Of a stretch of 64,000 bases of DNA, positions 58,550-64,000 are shown one piece after another (position 1 is the stretch's first letter; each line of letters opens with the position of its first letter). A program made the position numbers and the translations under genes. Origin of the DNA: a bacterium (lineage in GTDB: Bacteria; Auribacterota; Auribacteria; Auribacterales; Auribacteraceae); contig JACKPL010000004.1 in the NCBI GenBank assembly GCA_024233545.1, positions 83,487 through 147,486 on the forward strand. Reading direction: 5' to 3'. The notes under the pieces were generated by a model. The model saw only the letters and a program-made list of their open reading frames with translations, was not told where the DNA came from and did not search any database.

Positions 58550-58584
58550 ACTATAAACTCCCAGAAAATAGATTGTTTTATTAT

Positions 58585-60162
58585 ATGATTATTTTGAAAT
58601 ACTTTAAACAAAACAAATACTTTGTATTTTTGTCCAGCATACTGTTATTGGGTATGGTATGCCGATTTTTTGTTATTTGGAACTGGAATATTGTTAGAAT
58701 GTTATCAACATATATTTCTGATGATATGTTTTATTACTTAAAAATTGCAAGCAATATTGCACAGAATCACGGAGTACGATTTGATGGACGTAATATAACC
58801 AATGGGTTTCATCCTCTTTACATGGTTATTTTGGTATCCTTTTTTAAATTCATACCACATTTTTCAACTCATGCGATTAGAATCACCTTGTCGTTTCTCG
58901 CTTGTATTCAAATTATTACTGCCTATTTCTTATATAAAATTTCGTCATTATTTATAAAAAATAAGTTCGCAATTTTAATTGGAACATTTTTTTTTGTATT
59001 CCATCCATTTAACTTTTTTGCCGGGCTTTCCGGCATTGAAGCGCCATTAGCAACTTTTTTTCTCTGTTTAAGTATGTATTGGTATCTGGGCATGTATTCA
59101 AAAAAAAACGTTTCACGGCAAAAACTTATATCATTAGGTGCGTTGTTCGGATTGTCATTCATGGCAAGGACATCAGCTATATTCATGATTTTTGGGATTC
59201 TTATCGATTATTGTTTTCATAAAATGTTGATTCAAAAAAGCAAACTATATACTGTCTTTTGCGATTTTATGTATCTTGGTATTACTATGTTTAGTGTAAT
59301 TGCCCCGTGGTTTTTATGGAGTATTGCCGCATGCAGAACAATCTTTCAAGATAGTATGAATGCGATAAAATTTTGGAGTACACATATAACTGCTCTGATC
59401 CCCACACTATCACAAAAACAAGGCCTTCCATTGAAAAAAAAAATTATTTGGATGATCGAAACTGCATATCAGATTTTTTTTGATTTTAACATCGTTTTTC
59501 TACTAGTTTTGTTTCTAGTACCTCTTCTTTTTTGGATCCTTCATTGGTTTAAAAAACGAAATGCGGGTATCGCTCAAATATCATTATTTTATACCACATC
59601 ATTGATGACCGTTATGCTTTGGGGATTCTATTTTTGCCATCTCGGCCATATTCAGCATTGGTACTTTTTATCCTCTTTTCTGTGTGCATCTTTGTTTATA
59701 TCAATATCATTTTTTATTATTTTTGAATTTTTTAAAAATACTTTTATGAGATATAGCATAAAAACTTTTGCAGTACTTATCTTAATTTATGCTTTTCTTT
59801 TACAAGGGAACAGCATTATTCGATATGGTTTTTACCCATGGCATAAAGGACATCTAAAAATGGCAAAAATCATAAATCAAAAAGTACCGCAAAATGAATT
59901 CGTTGGAAGTTTTAATGCAGGAATCTATAGCGCATTTTCAGGGCGGACAGTAACCAACCTTGACGGAGTTGCCAACCACTCAATACTCCCTTTCTTGAAA
60001 AACGGAGGGCTTCTTCAATACCTTGAGCAAGAAAACATTAGATATATTGTAGATTATCAGGATTTTACCGACTTTATACCAAATGATAGAAAAATTATAC
60101 TCTGGCAAGAAAACACACCCATTATGGGCACCATAATACTATTCAAACTTGTTTCAGAATAA
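58585..60162 (+). CDS. polytopic membrane protein, GT-C-fold (ArnT/PMT-like) glycosyltransferase candidate
   Basis: About 525 aa with 12 or more hydrophobic segments. First loop ..YISDDMFYYLKIASNIAQNHG..GFHPLY.. resembles the acidic first periplasmic loop of GT-C enzymes. C-terminal soluble domain of about 110 aa. Start set at MIILKYF (the listed ORF begins at GTG 58540). Confidence 0.5.
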   Translation: MIILKYFKQNKYFVFLSSILLLGMVCRFFVIWNWNIVRMLSTYISDDMFYYLKIASNIAQNHGVRFDGRNITNGFHPLYMVILVSFFKFIPHFSTHAIRITLSFLACIQIITAYFLYKISSLFIKNKFAILIGTFFFVFHPFNFFAGLSGIEAPLATFFLCLSMYWYLGMYSKKNVSRQKLISLGALFGLSFMARTSAIFMIFGILIDYCFHKMLIQKSKLYTVFCDFMYLGITMFSVIAPWFLWSIAACRTIFQDSMNAIKFWSTHITALIPTLSQKQGLPLKKKIIWMIETAYQIFFDFNIVFLLVLFLVPLLFWILHWFKKRNAGIAQISLFYTTSLMTVMLWGFYFCHLGHIQHWYFLSSFLCASLFISISFFIIFEFFKNTFMRYSIKTFAVLILIYAFLLQGNSIIRYGFYPWHKGHLKMAKIINQKVPQNEFVGSFNAGIYSAFSGRTVTNLDGVANHSILPFLKNGGLLQYLEQENIRYIVDYQDFTDFIPNDRKIILWQENTPIMGTIILFKLVSE

Positions 60163-60165
60163 CTA

Positions 60166-63153
60166 CTACAACGGCAATTTATCGTAAAGTTCCTGAGCTT
60201 CTTTTGCTTCAGGGAAATCTTGAGATATGCTCAGAGATTTTTCTAATATAATACGGGCGTTTTCCATATCGCTTAATTGATAATATGCTTTTCCAAGATG
60301 GAATGCCACAGTCGGATTGCTTGGTAAAAATTTTGATGCGCGTTCAAGCTCAATTTTCGCCTCTTCATATTTCCCTTGATTGAACAAAATCCACCCATAG
60401 GTATCGGCAATTGCTCCGTTTTGGGGTTCAATTACTGCGGCTCTTTTTGCATACTCTTCAGCTTTATCGGGATTGATATTATTTTCAGAATACAGCCATG
60501 CAAGGTTATTTAAAGCTCTGGACGAATCAGGCGTAACTTCAACAGCCTTTTCATATGCTTTCATTGCCTGTTCAGACTGGCCTGCCGTTTCATGCAATAC
60601 TCCAAGATCAAGATATAAATACCCATCTTGCGGATAATATTCGATCGCTTGATTGAGGGTTTCTATCGACAATTCATACTTTTGTTGAGCCGCATAAAGC
60701 CGAGAAAGACGTGTAATACCAAAAAAAGAATTGGGTTTTACTGCAATTATTTGCTTGAAAACTTTATGAGCATTTTCGTAATCAGGAATTGATGAATATA
60801 AATCCGCCATAAACATCAGCGGCAATATATTATCAGGATATAATTCAGAAGCATCTTGCGCCAATTTCAATGCTTGGTCTCTCCATCCTCTAACTCGGAA
60901 AATCTTCATCTGATTTAACAATAATGTAAATTTTTTCCCTTTAAAACTATTGTTTTTGCAATAGGAAAGAACTTCAAGATATGCATTTCGCAATTCGTCA
61001 TTTATTGTTGCTAATTCATCTAAAGCTTGTTGCGCTTTTTCAAAATCGCCCTTAGCGGCATAAATATTGACTTTCATAAAATATAACGAATTATTTTGCG
61101 GTTGAAGCGCAATCAATTTATTCAGAGAATCAATAGCATCATCAAATTCTTCGTTTTGCTGTTGCGCTATTGAAAGATATAACAACATATCACTCAAATT
61201 AGGGTTAAGTTTTAATGCTTGTTTATAGATTTCTATCGACTCTTCCACTTTGCCCTGTTCTGTATATACTAACCCCAAATCATAGGCAGGCCTGAAACGC
61301 GGATTAACATCTAGCACTTTTTTATAGTGCTTTTCAGCCTCGGGAATATTGTTTTCCTTCATATACAACGATGCAAGAAATGAATGCAACTGAGTATTGT
61401 CATCATATTTGGGGTTATATACAAACGGGCCCAAAATTGATAATGCTTTAGCATAATCTTCTTTAGCAAAATACGCGCTTGCAAGAGCGATGTACGAAGC
61501 AATATCCTCAGATACCGCTGTTTCTAAGACTTTAGAATAGGCGTCGATCGCATGATCATACTTTTTTTGAACAAAATATAAATTGCCTAATTCTTTATAA
61601 GCTTCTTCCGAATTAGGTTTTAGATCAATTACCTTCAGTAACGCTTGCTCTGCTTCATGAAATCTTTGTACCGAAGAATACATTTTTGCTAAATTCAAGT
61701 GTCCGTTGATATTTAAAGGATCAATTTCGACTACTGTTTTAAATTTATCAATAGCCTGATCGATGTTTCCTTGCTGAATATTACAAAAACCAATTATACT
61801 GTGAGCATTAATATTCTTTGGATTTATTTCTAACACCCGCTCACAGAGTTCTTGGCATCTGACTAGTTCTCCGCGATTGATCAATAACGATGCCAAGCTA
61901 AGGATATCTGCAACATTTTTCGGGCGTAATGCCACAAGTTTCTCGAAAGCGGCTTCAGCTTGCATAAAATTTTTGTTAGCAATATTAGCTTTAGCCATAA
62001 TTTCAAGCCCTTTTATGTTATTAGGGCTTAGTTCTAGTCCTTGTTCGCAAAGTTTAATCGCTTCTTCTGCCCAACCTTCGCGCATATATGTGAAGGCAAG
62101 AGTAAAATATGCCGGTGAATATTGTGGATACCGCTCTATCATTTTCTTTAATTCATTGATGCCTTGCTGAGGCTTATTCATTTCGAGATAGCATATTCCT
62201 AATTTATAAAACACATCACCATAATTTGGCGGCGGGTTATAAAAATTTTCAAATTCTATTGCCGCTTTTTCATATTCCTGTCGAATAAAATGAACGTTTC
62301 CTTTAACATATCGCGCAGTGGTTGCTTTAGAATTTAAGTCTAGCGCTTTCTGCGCATAAACCATTGCATTGTCAAGATCGCCTTTTCTAAAATAGAGTTC
62401 ACTAATTCGATTGAGAAGAAGTATATCGTTTTGATTCTTTTCTAATGCAGTTACAACTATTTGAAGCGATTCTTCTGCATTGCCTTGCAACTCTTTTAAC
62501 AAACTTAAAGTTAAAGTCGCTTCCACATTATTTTTATCAATTTCATTTAAAATTTTCTTACATAATTCTTCAGTTTTTTCTTCATTTTTTAAACCTAAAT
62601 AGAGCCGAGCAAGAGACAAATACCCTTGTGGTTTTGAAGGAAGAACAGAAATATATTGTTCATAGTCTTTGATGGCCGCTTCATAATTCTTGAGCTGAAT
62701 ATTCATCCAGCCGCGAAAATCAATCGCTTTATGAAAATTTTTATTAGCAGAAATTGCTTTATCTACTGCCACAAAAGCTTCGTCATAGCTTTCTTTTGCA
62801 AATAAAACTTTGGCGATCTCAAGGTAACATTCATAAAAGTCCGGCTTTATTTCCAATGCTTTGGTTATTGATGTATATGCAGAATCAAATTTTTTCTGGC
62901 GCAAATAAATTATACCGAGATTATAATGCAATATATCTGAATTAGGATATTGTGCTAAACCGCTTTCAATTTCAGCTTCTGCCTTAGAAAATTTTCCTAA
63001 ATTTGCAAAAATCAAAGCTTCTTTAACATATTTTTGTTGGCGTTTCTCATCACTGCCGCAACGTACGTTTCCAAAAACAACCCCTATACAGAGTATCACA
63101 ACAATGAACGATGATAGATTTAATTGGAACTTGGCACATAACCATTTCCTCAT
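60166..63153 (-). CDS. 995-aa TPR-repeat protein with an N-terminal signal anchor
   Basis: N-terminus MRKWLCAKFQLNLSSFIVVILCIGVVFG.., then essentially uninterrupted 34-aa TPR-like repeats (..A..Y..AL.L.P.. periodicity) to the C-terminus. Confidence 0.8.
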   Translation of the reverse strand: MRKWLCAKFQLNLSSFIVVILCIGVVFGNVRCGSDEKRQQKYVKEALIFANLGKFSKAEAEIESGLAQYPNSDILHYNLGIIYLRQKKFDSAYTSITKALEIKPDFYECYLEIAKVLFAKESYDEAFVAVDKAISANKNFHKAIDFRGWMNIQLKNYEAAIKDYEQYISVLPSKPQGYLSLARLYLGLKNEEKTEELCKKILNEIDKNNVEATLTLSLLKELQGNAEESLQIVVTALEKNQNDILLLNRISELYFRKGDLDNAMVYAQKALDLNSKATTARYVKGNVHFIRQEYEKAAIEFENFYNPPPNYGDVFYKLGICYLEMNKPQQGINELKKMIERYPQYSPAYFTLAFTYMREGWAEEAIKLCEQGLELSPNNIKGLEIMAKANIANKNFMQAEAAFEKLVALRPKNVADILSLASLLINRGELVRCQELCERVLEINPKNINAHSIIGFCNIQQGNIDQAIDKFKTVVEIDPLNINGHLNLAKMYSSVQRFHEAEQALLKVIDLKPNSEEAYKELGNLYFVQKKYDHAIDAYSKVLETAVSEDIASYIALASAYFAKEDYAKALSILGPFVYNPKYDDNTQLHSFLASLYMKENNIPEAEKHYKKVLDVNPRFRPAYDLGLVYTEQGKVEESIEIYKQALKLNPNLSDMLLYLSIAQQQNEEFDDAIDSLNKLIALQPQNNSLYFMKVNIYAAKGDFEKAQQALDELATINDELRNAYLEVLSYCKNNSFKGKKFTLLLNQMKIFRVRGWRDQALKLAQDASELYPDNILPLMFMADLYSSIPDYENAHKVFKQIIAVKPNSFFGITRLSRLYAAQQKYELSIETLNQAIEYYPQDGYLYLDLGVLHETAGQSEQAMKAYEKAVEVTPDSSRALNNLAWLYSENNINPDKAEEYAKRAAVIEPQNGAIADTYGWILFNQGKYEEAKIELERASKFLPSNPTVAFHLGKAYYQLSDMENARIILEKSLSISQDFPEAKEAQELYDKLPL

Positions 63154-63466
63154 TACAACCTCCTTACGCAGGTAATTTGTTTATATCTTCAAAAGTATTT
63201 AAATGCCGTATTAAAAGAGAATAACATAGTATATAAAAGTATAAAATAATATCGGTATAATTCAATACTTAATAGAGATAAATGTCAACAAAAATACTGC
63301 TGGCCATTAAGGATAACAATAAAATTTACGGATAAAATTCTTTTTGATATTCTATTCAATCACCACTATAGTATGCTTTACTATATAAGGAGCAATTTAA
63401 ACTATTTTTTATTCTATGATAATGCTATACTAAAAAGTTTCTTAAAACCCCATTAAGGAGTGATAA

Positions 63467-64000
63467 ATGTTACAAGTAGAAGCATATAAAAAACTATCAA
63501 TTCCACAGTGTCCTTTAATCAAACAAGGGAAAGTGCGCGATATTTATCAACTGGACAACGCACTGCTTATGGTCGCAACAGACCGTATATCAGCATTTGA
63601 TTTTATTTTGCCTACGCCAATACATACAAAAGGGATTATATTAACACAAATATCCCTCTTCTGGTTTGATTTCTTCAATAGCGCCATTCCAAATCATATC
63701 ATTGAACATGATTTTAATGCATTTCCTGAATTTCTCCAACCCTACAAATCAACACTCGAAGGTAGAAGCATTATTATAAAAAAAGCAGAAGTATTTCCCA
63801 TTGAATGTGTTGTACGCGGATACCTCGCAGGTTCGGGATATAATGACTATATCAAAACAGGAAGTGTATGCACTATAAAACTTCCTACCGGTTTAGCAAA
63901 AGGTTCGCAACTACCTGAACCCATCTTTACACCAGCAACAAAAGCCGACGAAGGACATGATGAAAATATTTCTTTTGAAGAAGCGGCACATATTATCGGG
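63467..64000 (+). CDS. purC: phosphoribosylaminoimidazole-succinocarboxamide synthase; 3' end beyond the window
   Basis: AAGGAG Shine-Dalgarno, MLQVEAYKKL..LIKQGKVRDIYQLDNALLMVATDRISAFDFILP..KG..L.. Confidence 0.9.
   Translation, partial: MLQVEAYKKLSIPQCPLIKQGKVRDIYQLDNALLMVATDRISAFDFILPTPIHTKGIILTQISLFWFDFFNSAIPNHIIEHDFNAFPEFLQPYKSTLEGRSIIIKKAEVFPIECVVRGYLAGSGYNDYIKTGSVCTIKLPTGLAKGSQLPEPIFTPATKADEGHDENISFEEAAHIIG

Noticed and set aside
60166-63153. Tandem DNA repeat in the TPR gene.
   Set aside because: The repetition is at the protein-motif level only. I saw no extended nucleotide-level identity between units.
55292-63466. Genomic island integrated at tRNA-Gly.
   Set aside because: There is no integrase or recombinase gene. 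I found no direct repeat of the tRNA 3' end (..GGTTCGACTCCCGTCGCTCGC) in 63154-63466 or elsewhere downstream. There are no IS remnants. The tRNA adjacency alone is not evidence.
1-64000. CRISPR arrays, IS elements or transposases, prophage genes, toxin-antitoxin pairs, restriction-modification or other defence genes.
   Set aside because: I scanned the intergenic regions and all listed ORFs. No repeat-spacer periodicity, terminal inverted repeats or recognisable signature motifs were seen. Every ORF longer than about 100 aa outside gene shadows is accounted for by the features listed.

Overview
AT-rich bacterial chromosomal segment, densely packed and almost entirely core housekeeping genes. 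I saw no mobile element, integrase, CRISPR array or recognisable defence gene.

Gene order:
- Minus strand, 1-21.5 kb: der, pgsA, gltX, korDABG (2-oxoacid:ferredoxin oxidoreductase), nadK, tlyA, thyX, xseB/xseA, ymdB-like, rny, 5-formyl-THF cyclo-ligase, rarA, a 6S-RNA-like element, zapA, pheST, rplT-rpmI-infC, thrS, tRNA-Val.
- Mostly plus strand, 21.7-55.3 kb: nadA, polA, a long NagB/LmbE-like fusion, ldh (-), ileS-dksA-like-lspA-lgt-rluD, manA, a riboflavin operon interrupted by nusB-PHP-ftsY, rpsU, a surface-glycan cluster (UPF0104 flippase-like, rmlA-like, rmlD, GT4, WecA-like, O-antigen-ligase/TPR), aroQ, accBC, amaP/Asp23-like, gmhA-hldC, thiE, a PfkB kinase, tRNA-Gly.
- 55.4-64 kb: a DegT aminotransferase, a composite cytidylyltransferase/radical-SAM-like protein, a GT-C-like membrane protein, a 995-aa TPR protein, and the start of purC.

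Three things stand out:
1. From about 1.25 to 11.5 kb every gene is shattered by single-base indels, mostly in short homopolymers, while der before it and about 50 genes after it are intact. This is most likely a consensus-quality problem rather than biology, but it needs checking because essential genes such as gltX and rny are affected.
2. The best candidate for something undescribed is the module next to tRNA-Gly (55.4-63.2 kb). Its centrepiece is an SpsF-like nucleotidyltransferase fused to a radical-SAM/SPASM-like domain in which all three CX3CX2C cysteines are replaced.
3. An unannotated 6S-RNA-like structure sits in the zapA-to-5-FCL position known from E. coli.

All domain calls are from reading the translations by eye. 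No database search or folding program was run.
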